64,000 nucleotides of DNA from Eledone cirrhosa (GCA_964016885.1 OZ024743.1:199764001-199828000), one strand, 5' to 3'. Counted from the stretch's first letter, positions 14,637 to 27,780 are shown. The notes: a model not told the origin generated them from the sequence alone. Translations and numbers: made by a program.

Positions 14637-14875
14637 CTTTCGATGGCTCTCTAGCTGGCTTAACTGGTTCGCCGACCATTTATGTATGTATGTATGTACG
14701 TACGTATGTATGTATGCATGTATGTATATACGTATGTATGTATGCACGTATGTATGTATGTATGTATGTATGTATGTATGTATGTATGTATGTACGTATG
14801 TATGTATGTATGTATGTATGTATGTATGCACGTATGTATGTACGTATGTATGTACGTATGTATGTACGTATGTAA

Positions 14876-16679
14876 GTTCTTCTGGTTTTATAATTTCACA
14901 AAGTTTTACCAATAGAGAGAGAGTCGGTTCCTAACATAGACACAAGACTCTCTCATTGGAATTTACACAACATCAACTAGGTAGATATGTATGTATGCCT
15001 GCATGCGTAGATATGGATGTTATTGTATGTGTGGATATGTATGTTTTGAGTTGTATGTGTGAATGTGTATATGCTTTGTATCTGTATATGTGTATATGCA
15101 GTTATTAGATGCAACATTTTTGGAATGTTTTACATATTTTTACTGTTCCATTAATGGATTGTACTTGTAATTTCCTAACTAGTTGTGTTCTTTCTGTTCC
15201 TGTGAAGCCTAGCTTCTCTAGATTTGTATTGAGACAGTTACTAACATATCCCAGTGCCCCAATAATCACAGGCATAAATCTGAAGTGTAATCAGTGTGGA
15301 GTATCAGCAGATTTCTCATCAGTTCTGCATAAATATTCTCCTTTTCACTAATCTTTGATATTATATTGGCATCTGCTGGGCAGCTAATTTCCACTACTGT
15401 GCATGTTTTCTTCTCCATGTCCCATATAATATCTGGTCTGTTATGCCTGCATTTTATTGGGGTTTTTACTGGAACATTCCACCAGTACTCTTTCATATTA
15501 TGTACATGGATGTCTTCCACATTGTTGTAGCTTTTAATGTGTTTATTATCGGGGCTATCTTTTTTACGAACTGTATTGTACAATGTTTTGGCCACTACAT
15601 CATGCCTCATAGGTAGATAGTAACGCGATGACATCTTTGGACAGCTGCTGATGACATGGGTGATATCCTCGATGTTAGTTCTGCAGAGTCTGCACTTGTT
15701 ATCACATCTAGGTGTTTTGCCTGCATCCCTATCTCTTTTGTGAATCAAGTATTTCGTGTTAATCTCCTGTTCTTGGATTGCAAAAGCGTATCCTTCAAAG
15801 TGGGAGCCAATGTAGCGGTTGTTGGTCCAAGATAGACTACTTTCCTTATCTATATTACTCTCACTCTGGAGCTTCCTTGCAACATATCCATGCATGATTT
15901 TTTGCTGACAGGCATGCAGTTTTTCACCCATGGATTCACTGCGATACTGCTGAGCGACATCCCTGGGTGTGAGTTTTTGATTATCACATAGTGAATATCT
16001 CTCAAGGAGTTCCTTCCCAACTCTCAGGATCTTATCTGTTTCATGCAGATAGACTTGCTCGAGAAGCGGGCTCCTACGCTTCGAGGTTCGAGGATGTTTT
16101 CGGAGAGATATGATGCGACATTCAAATGTTGTCTGGACTGATGTTAGGCCTCTGCCTCCCTGCTTACGTTTCAAGTAAAGGCGGTCTATGTCACTGTTGA
16201 TGTGGAAGTTTCCAGTGCTGTTCAGTATTTTTCGAGTTCCAACATCAACTGCTCGGATTTCGTCTATCGTCCAATTGAGTATTCCAAACATTGGTGTCAG
16301 GACAGGCACAGCAAACACATTGTGAGCCACTGTTTTGTTTTGCTCAGAGAGTTCCGATGACCAGATCTTTCTTAATCGGGTGTAGTATTCCCTGGTTACG
16401 CGTTCTTTATTACAGATACTATTATAGGATATGTTCTCATCTATCCCCAGGTATCTGTAGCAGTCCTCATCAGATATTGGTGAAATTGATGTGACCATTG
16501 ATGACAATGTTGCTAGATTGGGTTGTTGTTTTTCCCCGCTTTACAGTCATGTATGAGCATTTATCTTGACCAAACTCCATTCCTATATCCTTTGAGAACG
16601 TTGTAACCAGGTCAAGATTTTTCTTCATCCCATCCATTTTCTTGGCATAGAGTTTCAGATCATCCAAAAAGAGGTTATG
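14876..16679 (-). mobile_element. 5'-truncated, frameshifted R4/Dong-like non-LTR retrotransposon (RT + CCHC + restriction-like endonuclease)
   Basis: HNLFLDDLKLYAK, YRYLG, GGRGL, CRLC..EDITHVISSC, RHDVVA, RPDII, VEISCP, K..Y motifs; C-terminus continues in another frame to KICKTFQKCCI* near 15105; 3' UTR; (TATG)n on both sides. Confidence 0.9.
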
Positions 16680-16734
16680 TATGTACGTATGTATGTATGT
16701 ACGAATGTATGTACGTATGTATGTATGTATGTAT

Positions 16735-16864
16735 GAAATTTAGATCATTGGCTGGGCTAAAAAGCCACATTCGATCGCAGCACCGTTAATTGTTATTCTG
16801 TGTGTGTGTATGTGTATATGTATATATAGATATGTATATGTGTATGTATGTGTAAGTATGTATA

Positions 16865-16903
<39 letters not shown>

Positions 16904-17016
16904 ACATATATATAATTTTTATTTTACTATTATTGTCGTTATTGTTGTTATTGTTTTTTTTCTCGTTTTTTTGTTCGTGCAATGGCCATACTCGATAACG
17001 AGGGGCCAGCCATCAT
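16735..17016 (+). mobile_element. RTE-like LINE 3' end fragment
   Basis: FRSLAGLKSHIRSQHR* zinc-finger remnant, microsatellite-containing UTR, terminal ctcg-ataa-cgag stem-loop then (TATG)n; homologous to 42440-42880. Confidence 0.7.
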
Positions 17017-17097
17017 GTATGTGTGTACGTATGTATGTATGTATGTATGTATGTATGTATGTATGTATGTATGTATGTATGTATGTATGTATGTATG

Positions 17098-17355
17098 AGT
17101 GAAGGACCGTTAGCCTTTGTCCGGGCATTCTTCTAGGAGAAGGCAACTCAGGAAACTGGGATAACTCCGACATCAAACCAACGGCTCAGTAGTTACCGAT
17201 GATGTTGAGAGAGTGGGTTTGGTTCAGTGCACAGTCTTTCCTCACTTAAAAAAAAATCTTCACGCACAGGCATTGCACGATAGCATTAATTGATAATTAT
17301 TAAAAATGTTATATCGTGCAATGGCCACACTCGATAACGAAGGGGCAGCCATCAT
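17098..17355 (+). mobile_element. Internally deleted RTE-derived non-autonomous element
   Basis: ttctaggagaaggcaactc 5'UTR-like motif plus the same 3' stem-loop and (TATG)n tail. Confidence 0.6.
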
Positions 17356-17481
17356 GTATGTATGTATGTATGTATGTATGTATGTATGTATGTATGTATG
17401 TATGTATGTATGTATGTATGCATGCATGTATGTATGTATGTATGTATGTATGTATGTATGTATGTATGTATGTATGTATGT

Positions 17482-17866
17482 ATCTATGTTTTCTCTTTCT
17501 CTTAATTTCGAGTATATTTTTTTGACCGGCCACCTTCCTGGTGGCAAGGTTGTAAAAGAAAAGAAATTGTCATCCCTTGAATCGCAAGAATGTTTTGCAA
17601 ATTTTGAAGGTGCCAGCTATCGCAGCCATTTGTAGACTATGAATTAGGGAGCTGCGCTTTTTGTCCGCAAATCCAAGTTCGGTCATACTTTGGTCCAAGC
17701 GGGTTGGTATATAACCCGTAGCTCCAATAATGATGGGTATGAAGCTAAAGGTGTATCTTGGATACTGGATTTGTAAACTCCTCATCAATGGCCCGTAGAT
17801 GTCCTCCTTCTCCTGTATTTTTCTGACAACGTTGACATCAAGTGGGCAGCTGATCTCCACAACAGT
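17482..17866 (-). mobile_element. R4/Dong-like element 3' fragment, second subfamily
   Basis: [40 protein letters not shown] aligns by eye with the C-terminus of 14876-16679; (TATG)n on both sides. Confidence 0.85.
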
Positions 17867-17941
17867 ATGTATGTATGTATGTATGTATGTATGTATGTAT
17901 GTATGTATGTATGTATGTATGTATGCATGTATGTATGTTAT

Positions 17942-18437
17942 GTCAAGTCGCTCTCGAATGCTTCTGGTAACATGAAACCCAGTACAACTTGTCTCATGGT
18001 CGGGTCGTCGGCGACTAAACTGGCAACCCCACCAGGCTTGCTTGGTGAGGAGGGTGATATTTGGACACCCTGTGGGATGAAACACAAGACCCGGCAAAGG
18101 GTGGAGAAACTCAGCAGAGTCAACGGCCATATAAGTAGTATTACTTTATTTTATTCCCCACTTGGATGTGAAAGGCCCCCAGTTTGTTGGCACAACACCT
18201 TTCTAGGAGAGGGAAACTAAAAACAAAAAAACCTGCGGCTTCGGAAGCATCCGATGATGTTGAGCAATTCTCCTTTTCAGGTAGTGTTTTCGATGCTCAA
18301 AGAGTGAGATTGGTCGAGTGCAAGGCCTTTCCTCACTTAAAAAACCTTTCGCGTGTCTGGCCGTAGACTAAAAGTGCACCAAACTGTATAATCTGACAAG
18401 CGATTGCAATACTCTTAGCAGAGTTTGCAGCCATAAT
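17942..18437 (+). mobile_element. RTE-derived non-autonomous element (SINE-like)
   Basis: Shares structured 5' end with 18522 and 42897 copies, tctaggagagggaaact motif, (TATG)n tail; homologous to 63205-63621. Confidence 0.7.
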
Positions 18438-18521
18438 GTATGTATGTATGTATGTATGTATGTATGTATGTATGTATGTATGTATGTATGTATGTATGTA
18501 TGTATGTATGTATGTATGTAT

Positions 18522-19131
18522 GTCAGGTCACCAGTTGGTGCTACTGGTAACATGTATCCCAGTACAACCTGTCCCATGGTCGGGTCGTTGGCGACTAAAC
18601 TGGCAACCCTACCAAGGTTTCTTGGTGAGGAGGGTGACTTTGGACATCCTGCAGGACTAAAAACAAAACCTGTCAAAGGGCTAAGGAGCTCTTAAGAGTC
18701 AATGGCCATCCAAAATCACCGGGAGAGATGACCCCTTAGCCTTTGTCAAGGCAGAATTCTAGGAGAAGGAAAACTCTGATATAACACCTGCAACCCGGAT
18801 GGTATCCAATGATGTTGACTTGTTCTTTTTTTTGGTAAATATCATCTTGGTTAAGAGAGTGGGACTGGCTTTGTGCAGTGCCTTTGTTCACTATAAAAGC
18901 TTCACGGCACAGGCATTGCTTTATATCTGGAGATCTCTCTGCATTTGTCGTCACATGGTACCATGGGCCCAACACTATGTGTCAATAATTGTCACAAGTG
19001 TAGTGTTTGTACCAGAGTTTTCAAGTCGCTGGCTGGACTAAAGAGTCACACTCGTTCAGCGCATCGGTAGGGGTTCTCCTACATGGATATAAAGTAGTGG
19101 CCGTACTTGAAAACGAGTTGGCAGTCACCAT
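18522..19131 (+). mobile_element. Bipartite RTE-derived non-autonomous element
   Basis: RTE-like 5'UTR (ctaggagaaggaaaactctgat) joined to a 3' C2H2 remnant and terminal stem-loop; near-identical 5'-truncated copies at 41965-42395 and 60515-60924. Confidence 0.8.
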
Positions 19132-19339
19132 GTGTGTATGTATGTATGTGTGTATATGTGTGCGTGTACAAGGTATATATCGACTTTGGCCTCTCCTTCA
19201 TAATGTTTGTTCTTTCGTTCTGTTTCTGTTTTCCCTATTAATTTTGCTGCTACTTCACAGCGTCTACAAAGACAAAACCCGGAGTACATAGAAAATGGAT
19301 TTCTTACAACGATATATATATATCGACTGTCGATCGACA

Positions 19340-19540
19340 ATCGTCAAATCGGACCGAGAAAACAATGCTTCCATTGGCCTTTCCAATTGCTAATACTATC
19401 TATCGGTCACAACTCCAGGTAGAGGGAGCAACGCGAAATAAAATGTCTTACTCAAGGACATAACCCATTGCCCGGTCCGGGAATAGAACTCACAACCTCA
19501 AGATTGCGAATCCAATTATATAACCACTCAGCTTTCACGA
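19340..19540 (-). mobile_element. tRNA-headed CORE-like SINE (family C)
   Basis: Reverse of gctgagtggtta..ttggattcgcaatc..gagttc..gtccttgagtaagacattt; homologues at 58254-58450 (+), 62865-63047 (-), fragments 20628-20690, 40003-40052, 58592-58655. Confidence 0.75.
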
Positions 19541-19986
19541 TGTATGTATATATATTTATATCAATATCTATCTATCTATCTTTCTATCTTTCTTTTTTTC
19601 AAATACCACTTTGAAAGAAGAATCAGGATGGAGAGAGAGGTGCTGTACCCCAGCAAGTTTTATGAAAGGTGGGTGAAAGTGGCGAGAATGGCCCGAGTGA
19701 ATGGGCCTTCTCTCTATATCAGCCTGTAGGTTGAGGAAAAGGAGGAGGAGAGGAAAGGAGTACAAACTCTTCGTACTCCTGGAGATGAGGGTTTCACATT
19801 TTTTGGGGGGTATGTGTTACACATATGAACTGTCTCCCCCTATTGGGGAAAATCGACTATTTTAAAAAATTGCATTTGTGATAACATTTTACAGGTTTTT
19901 ATTGTATGTGAACTTCCCCCTTTGTATTTGTCCTCTTCTTTTGTGCCCCTGTGGCTAATAAAGAAACATATCTATCTATCTATCTA

Positions 19987-20039
<53 letters not shown>

Positions 20040-20099
20040 GTGAGGTTTTTTTTACAAAATGAAAAATAACCGAGGTGTCCTACACGAGTGGAAGTATAA

Positions 20100-20622
<523 letters not shown>

Positions 20623-20725
20623 TTGAAGGGTGAGTGGTTATATAATTGGATTCGCAATCGTGAGGTTGTGAGTTCGATTCCCGGACATGGAATATATATA
20701 TATATATATATAATAAATGTAGTTT

Positions 20726-20900
20726 TTAGAAAGTGAACAACAACACAATATATAACTACTCCATTACCAAAGGTTTCAGGACAGTAGACAATATTTAGGG
20801 TCCTGAAACTTTTGGTAATGGAGTAGTGTGTCGTTCACTTTCTAAGTAAATAGCTCTGTTCTATACATAGAGCATTCTTTTTTCCTTCACTTTTTCTTCG

Positions 20901-20940
<40 letters not shown>

Positions 20941-21371
20941 AAAAATTCGCTCTACATCTGAGATTTTCGAATATTAATAATAACATTCGATTCGTTTGCA
21001 ATTATGCAAACAAGCCTCAATTTTAAATTTTATAGCCATGTCAGTAGAATGAACACTTCATTCTTGCTCTTGTGTTGGCATGCCAACACAAGAGCAAGAA
21101 TGTTATTATTAATATTCGAAAATCTCAGATTACATTTATTGTATTCAGCCATGTAGAGCGAATTTTTCTTTATATATATATATATATATATATATATTCC
21201 GAAGAAAAAGCGAAGGAAAAAAGAATGCTCTATGTATAGAACAGCGCTATTTACTTAGAAAGTGAACAACACACTACTCCATTACCAAAAGTTTCAGGAC
21301 CCTAAATATTGTCTACTGTCCTGAAACCTTTGGTAATTGAGTAGTTATATATTGTGTTGTTCACTTTCTAA
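20726..21371. repeat. Nested inverted repeat (A-(TA)n-B-(TA)n-A')
   Basis: 20726-20903 is the reverse complement of 21197-21371; each has an internal hairpin; inner unit 20936-21172 is itself fold-back with a perfect 44-bp palindrome at 21059-21102. Confidence 0.92.
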
Positions 21372-21372
21372 T

Positions 21373-21411
<39 letters not shown>

Positions 21412-21487
21412 GAAATAGGATTTCGCTTCAACCATAGCTTTATACAATATGTATAAATATTTCGTATCTCCAAAGAAATACGGAGGG

Positions 21488-21531
21488 ACCGTCCTGACGA
21501 AGGCCAGTTAAGCCTGAAATGCGTAGACGGT
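21488..21531 (+). ncRNA. Minimal type I hammerhead ribozyme
   Basis: accgtc CTGACGA aggc-cagttaa-gcct GAAA tgcg TA gacggt: perfect 6-bp stem I, 4-bp stem II, intact core. Confidence 0.75.
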
Positions 21532-22050
21532 TGTCCCCCTTGCTTCTGCTGGACATCACCAGAGGGCGTTAACCCCCCCCCCCCCAGTGTTTGCATAGCT
21601 ACGGCTTCCTAAAACCGTATTTCTTTGGAGATAAGAAATATATATATATACACCAATCCCTGGATACCTGTCAACATCGGCCCCTTCTGTTAACCCCTTT
21701 TCTTTTTCTACCCCGTTTTTTGTCTTCCAGATTCTTCTGGAAGTCATCACGTTTTTCTAATGAAAGAGTAACGTCCGATACGTTGATGACACTTCTTTGT
21801 ACCTGTACCTAGAAGTATTAAACTGATATTTTTGTATAACTGCATCACTTGTGTACACGTATCACTTTCTATTTTGACCTTGTACTACATATATATATAT
21901 GTGTGTGTGTATATGTATATGTGTGAGCATGTGTGTATATATATGTATATATATATATTTATTATATGTGTGTGTGTGTGTGTGTGCGCATGTATGTATG
22001 TTTATATACGTATATATATATATATGTGTGTGTTTGTGCATCTGCGTGTA

Positions 22051-22108
<58 letters not shown>

Positions 22109-22722
22109 AGTGTGGGTGTGTATGCGCCTGTGTGTGCGCGTCTGTGTACATATGTGTGTATGTGTGCGTGCATGTGTGCGTGCTTGAATGTATATCGAGT
22201 TTACTTATAGCTGCTACGAATGTCGAGTCAACAGTATAAATCTTGAGATAAAAAGGTGGAAATATTGGAATGGTTATTTTTTCTGTGAGGAGAGACAATC
22301 ACATGATTAAGCTGCTAATTACTTCAACAGTGCTAAAACACTTTTCCTTCTCACTCTCTCGAAAACAAACCTCTTTCAACTTTGCCGAATTCTTTTTCTA
22401 TTTTTACCCCAATGACTCACTGATCTTCGCATTTCATCTTCTGTCATTTTAAAAGCAGAATAAACTTCTGTTGTTGCAACTAAGACTTCAACAGCCACTC
22501 CCTTTCATTCTCTCAGTTTCTGATTGTTTGTAATGTATATATGTATGTATATGTATGTATGTACGAATGTATGTATGTGTGTATGTATGTATGTATGTAT
22601 GTACGTGTGTATGTATGTGTGTATGTACGTACGCATGTATGTATGAGTATCTGTGCATATTTCAATCTATCTATATATATATGTGTGTGTTTGGGATGTG
22701 TGCATATTATGTGTGTCTATAT

Positions 22723-23078
<356 letters not shown>

Positions 23079-23494
23079 TATGTATATTCTTTCTTATGTC
23101 TGAGAAATGAATATTGCTACTCATAAGGTAATTGGACAAGTCTCTGCAGTTCCACGTTCCCTTGTAGTTGATGATTGTATTTAAGACATATGACGACAGA
23201 GGAATTTAGAAGGCTGACGTTATGCGGGATGTTGTAAATGGATATAGTCTTTAGTGGAGAAGGAAGGGACTGGAAAAACCTACATGTTAAGAAGGGTAGA
23301 ATGAAAGAAGAATAGAGTAGAGCCCACCATTTTCGAAGTGCAGAAGCCATTGTTTTAATTATAGAAAACTGAAAGTAATGCAATAACACGTCTGAGTCAG
23401 AATTTGGATTGTGACTTCATATATATCTGTCAGGAAACTTTTATTTTTATATAGTCTAGGATGTCTTTGTGTGTGGTAGCAACACCATCCCATA

Positions 23495-23680
23495 TATTGG
23501 TGCATTACTGTAATGTGGGTCTTAACAGGCAACATCTGTGGCGTGGAGAGGGGAGACTGGTATGCACGGGCGACTGCTGGTCTTCAAGAAACAACCTTGC
23601 CCGGACTTGTGTCTCGGAGGAGAACTTTCTAGGTACAAATCCCATGGCCATTCGAGAACGATGGAGGTTTTTACCCTTGC
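23495..23680 (+). mobile_element. SINE 3' fragment
   Basis: gggcgactgctggtcttc..aacaaccttgcccggacttgtg..ggagaactttctaggt resembles a conserved-domain invertebrate SINE body as I recall it; single copy here. Confidence 0.45.
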
Positions 23681-24183
23681 TATTTATACATATTAGCATG
23701 GCAGGAAATAGAAATGAAGATAATGAAAACTACAGAAAAAATAATTATACTTCCTTCTGCAGTCAATAAATTGAGCAAAATTATCAATGAGAAATATACA
23801 CTTGGTGGTTTTCTGCAATGTATTCACTCTTAGTTTGGTTGTTTTCCAGTTTGATATACGAAGGTTTTATGAATTTCAATATATTTTTCACACTTTGAAT
23901 TATAATATTGCTTATTTGCGACCTTGATATTTACACCTCGCAGCGTATGGTTTGGTAACCACAGTAAATTGGAGAGTTTAGTTGATATTTCTTGTAGTTT
24001 GATCGACCACGTATAGGTGACAAATATCAAAATAAAAAAAATATAAAATCGTACGTCCTGAAAAATATAACTGTTTCAGTATATACAGCCCGTGTCAATT
24101 TAATTGTGTAGTTTGAGGCACGGTCTCTGAACAGCTGATATTTCCTGCAGTCTGCTTTCGTAAATGTTTTATCTTGATGCCAA

Positions 24184-24312
<129 letters not shown>

Positions 24313-24326
24313 ACAACGTTCTATAC

Positions 24327-24374
<48 letters not shown>

Positions 24375-24377
24375 CAT

Positions 24378-24408
<31 letters not shown>

Positions 24409-24458
24409 CATATGTATATATATATATATAAATATACATATGTGTATATAAATATATT

Positions 24459-24512
<54 letters not shown>

Positions 24513-24514
<2 letters not shown>

Positions 24515-24721
24515 ACGAAGGAAATGTGGTAAGGAACCAGGTGGACCATAACGCACCAAAGTACTCAATACTTGAGGTAGTAGAGTGGGTAATAGGAACC
24601 AGTAAGACCCCGACAGCTGAGCTCAAGCCGTTTCGACGGCTAATTCTGGACGCGTATGTAGCGTCCAGAATTAGCCGTCGAAACGGCTTGAGCTCAGCTG
24701 TCGGGGTCTTACTGGTTCCTA
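24513..24721 (-). mobile_element. Fold-back (TA)n-embedded element (family H)
   Basis: Body plus terminal hairpin (about 24592-24721); homologues 36992-37181, 40890-40982, 62633-62842, fragment 34897-34940. Confidence 0.85.
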
Positions 24722-24739
24722 TATATATATATATATACT

Positions 24740-24784
<45 letters not shown>

Positions 24785-24786
24785 AC

Positions 24787-24834
<48 letters not shown>

Positions 24835-25272
24835 GTGTGTGTGTGTGTATATATATATAAACAAAAATAGATAAACAATGTATATATATATGTGTGTATG
24901 TGTGTGTGTGTGTATATATATGTATATACACACACACACACATACACACATATATATATACATTGTTTATCTATTTTTGTTTTTGTTACAGTGACATCAA
25001 TGACATTTGAGAAGTAATCTCTCAAACAATGCTCGTATTTTGGATCAGGTGGAATAGTCTGACAGTAGGCTAAATTAACGTTTTATTTTATTCTTCGGCT
25101 GTCAAAGTTCACATTTGGGGTCATGTCAACAATGGAACAAATAACACTGAAATAATAATAATAATAATAACAATAGCAATAATAAAAACATACCAGTAAG
25201 AAAAGATGTTTTTAAAACAAAAAAGAAAACAAGGAATGGCTTCTGCATTCGGTGTATGTAGGTATGTCTGCA

Positions 25273-25458
<186 letters not shown>

Positions 25459-25513
25459 ATTGAATACATGTGTATGTATGCTGCATGTCTCTGTGCGTTT
25501 GTGTCTGTATGTC

Positions 25514-25558
<45 letters not shown>

Positions 25559-25665
25559 TTCGCCCTCTCTCTTTTTGTGCATATATATATACTGTGTATA
25601 TATATATATATATATATACGCATATATATATATATATACACATATATATACACATATATATATAC

Positions 25666-25698
<33 letters not shown>

Positions 25699-26091
25699 AG
25701 TGTGTGTATTTGTGTGTGTTTATGTATATTTGCGTGACTTAGAGTTCGCAGGCAGTCGTTTCTGCTGATAATAGCGTTGACACGTGTATGTGACAGACAA
25801 TGTTTCTAGGGGGGTTTGCTTACATAATCTAGCCCCTACAGTTCTGTGTCAAAGAATTGTTATAAGCTTACTGTGTAGAATGGTAGGTGGTCTGTAGGTA
25901 GGTTGGTAGGACAGAGTAGAATATATTTGCCGATATTTGTATTATTCTTAATCTTCTTCAAGTTCATGTTACATACACGATTATCTGTGGCAGTTCACAA
26001 ATATACAAACATGAAAACAATACATGTGTATATAGCTATGGATATATAAATGCATGTATATATTTATGTGTGTATATATACATATATATAT

Positions 26092-26272
26092 AATTGTTTC
26101 TACTTCAGGCACAAGGCCAGCAATTACCCAGTGCATTACTGGTACTTTATTTTATCGACCCCATAAGGATGAAAGGCAAAGTCAACCTCGGCGGGATTTG
26201 AACTCAGATCGTAAAGGGACATAACTATGCTGGAAAGCATGGCGTCCGACCCTCTACCGATACTGCCAATCC
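26092..26272 (-). mobile_element. SINE family A
   Basis: Near full-length; flanked by acatatat(at)aat duplication. Confidence 0.88.
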
Positions 26273-26449
26273 ACATATATAATGAAAAATTGAACAGGGA
26301 CAGAACAGAGAGGCAGTGCGATAAATGTTTATTAAATTCACGCTCAGGAGAGTGGGGAGTAGATATACTAATTCTTTATATATATATAAAGAATTAGTAT
26401 ATCTACCAACATATATATACAAATGTATACCTATGCAAGCAAATATATT

Positions 26450-26800
26450 ATTTTACGTTTTTTATATATATACAAGTGGAAGCTTAGTAAAATCGAAGCA
26501 GCAAAGCACTCCATATGGTCTGGCCTTAGAGTAATAACACACACCTATTAGAAAGCAGTTTAGCCAGGATGAGTTTATCTATTCACTGATAATAGTATAT
26601 GATAGTGCACATACTTAAATATGGAATGTTACGCGATGGCCCACACACCCCACACAGCCCCGGCGGACAGGATGGAGAAGGCGTTCCCCCGGAGGACGAC
26701 AAGGGAGACGCGCTGGAAAAGCCACTCCAACTCGCGGGTTCACACCTGCGGCTGGCCAGCTCCGTGCCTATGGTGGTGAGTAGGGAAAAAATTACGTTTA
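26450..26800 (-). mobile_element. CRE-like (RLE) non-LTR retrotransposon 3' fragment
   Basis: With one frameshift: LLTTIGTELASRRCEP/ELEWLFQRVSLVVLRGNAFSIL...* (stop 26629-26631), matching the QR.S....RGNA C-terminal motif of CRE-clade elements. Confidence 0.7.
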
Positions 26801-26875
26801 GACAGTTTGACAAATTTAAAATTGCGGCAGGCAGACCTAGCCACATAATACCAAAAACAACGAAGAAACTAATCA

Positions 26876-26926
<51 letters not shown>

Positions 26927-27089
26927 CAGCATGACCCTCGCAAAGTATAACAATATATATATATATTGTTATACTTTGGGAGGGTTATGTTGCTAATAAA
27001 AACACACGCAACTATTGGTTTTCACTTCAATTTATTATAAATTTCCGGTTGGTTGATTGGTTCTATAACCGAATGGTTGTTTATATATT

Positions 27090-27132
27090 GTCAAAGCTCT
27101 TTCGTCACACATTCTGTGACCTCCTCAGTGAC
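27090..27132 (-). ncRNA. Minimal type I hammerhead ribozyme
   Basis: Minus strand: gtca CTGAGGA g gtcac-agaatgt-gtgac GAAA gagc TT tgac; decayed homologue at about 9208-9250. Confidence 0.65.
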
Positions 27133-27414
27133 TGTGTTTTTATTTTGTGTCTTTCTCTTGTTCTGTCCTACACCATCTTGTTTTTGCGTTGTGTGTTTAG
27201 TTTGCGCATGTGTTACATCCAGGTGTGTGTGTGTCTGTGTATGTGTCTGTCCGTATATATGTATACATACATGTTTGTATGTATAAAGCAAAATATTTCA
27301 CTTGAAAATCGATTGTTTAGGTATATACCCCTAAACTTTAACTCACAAAATTCATCTTATCTTGTTTGTTAAGAGGAATTCCTTGAATAACAATAATTAT
27401 CATAATAGTTTTAG

Positions 27415-27421
27415 CAGCTGC

Positions 27422-27475
<54 letters not shown>

Positions 27476-27487
27476 GGTGGTGGTAGT

Positions 27488-27525
<38 letters not shown>

Positions 27526-27532
27526 TAGTAGT

Positions 27533-27568
<36 letters not shown>

Positions 27569-27602
27569 AACAGCAGCAGCTGTAGTAGCAGCAGTAGTAG
27601 TT

Positions 27603-27642
<40 letters not shown>

Positions 27643-27736
27643 CCGCAGCAGCACCAAGAGCAGCAGCAAGAGCAACAACAGCAACAGCAGCAGCAGCAGC
27701 AGCAGCTGTAGTAGCAGTAGTAGCAGTAGTAGTAGC

Positions 27737-27771
<35 letters not shown>

Positions 27772-27780
27772 CAGCAACAA
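27415..27780. repeat. (AGT/AGC/GGT)n trinucleotide array
   Basis: Direct reading. Confidence 0.95.
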
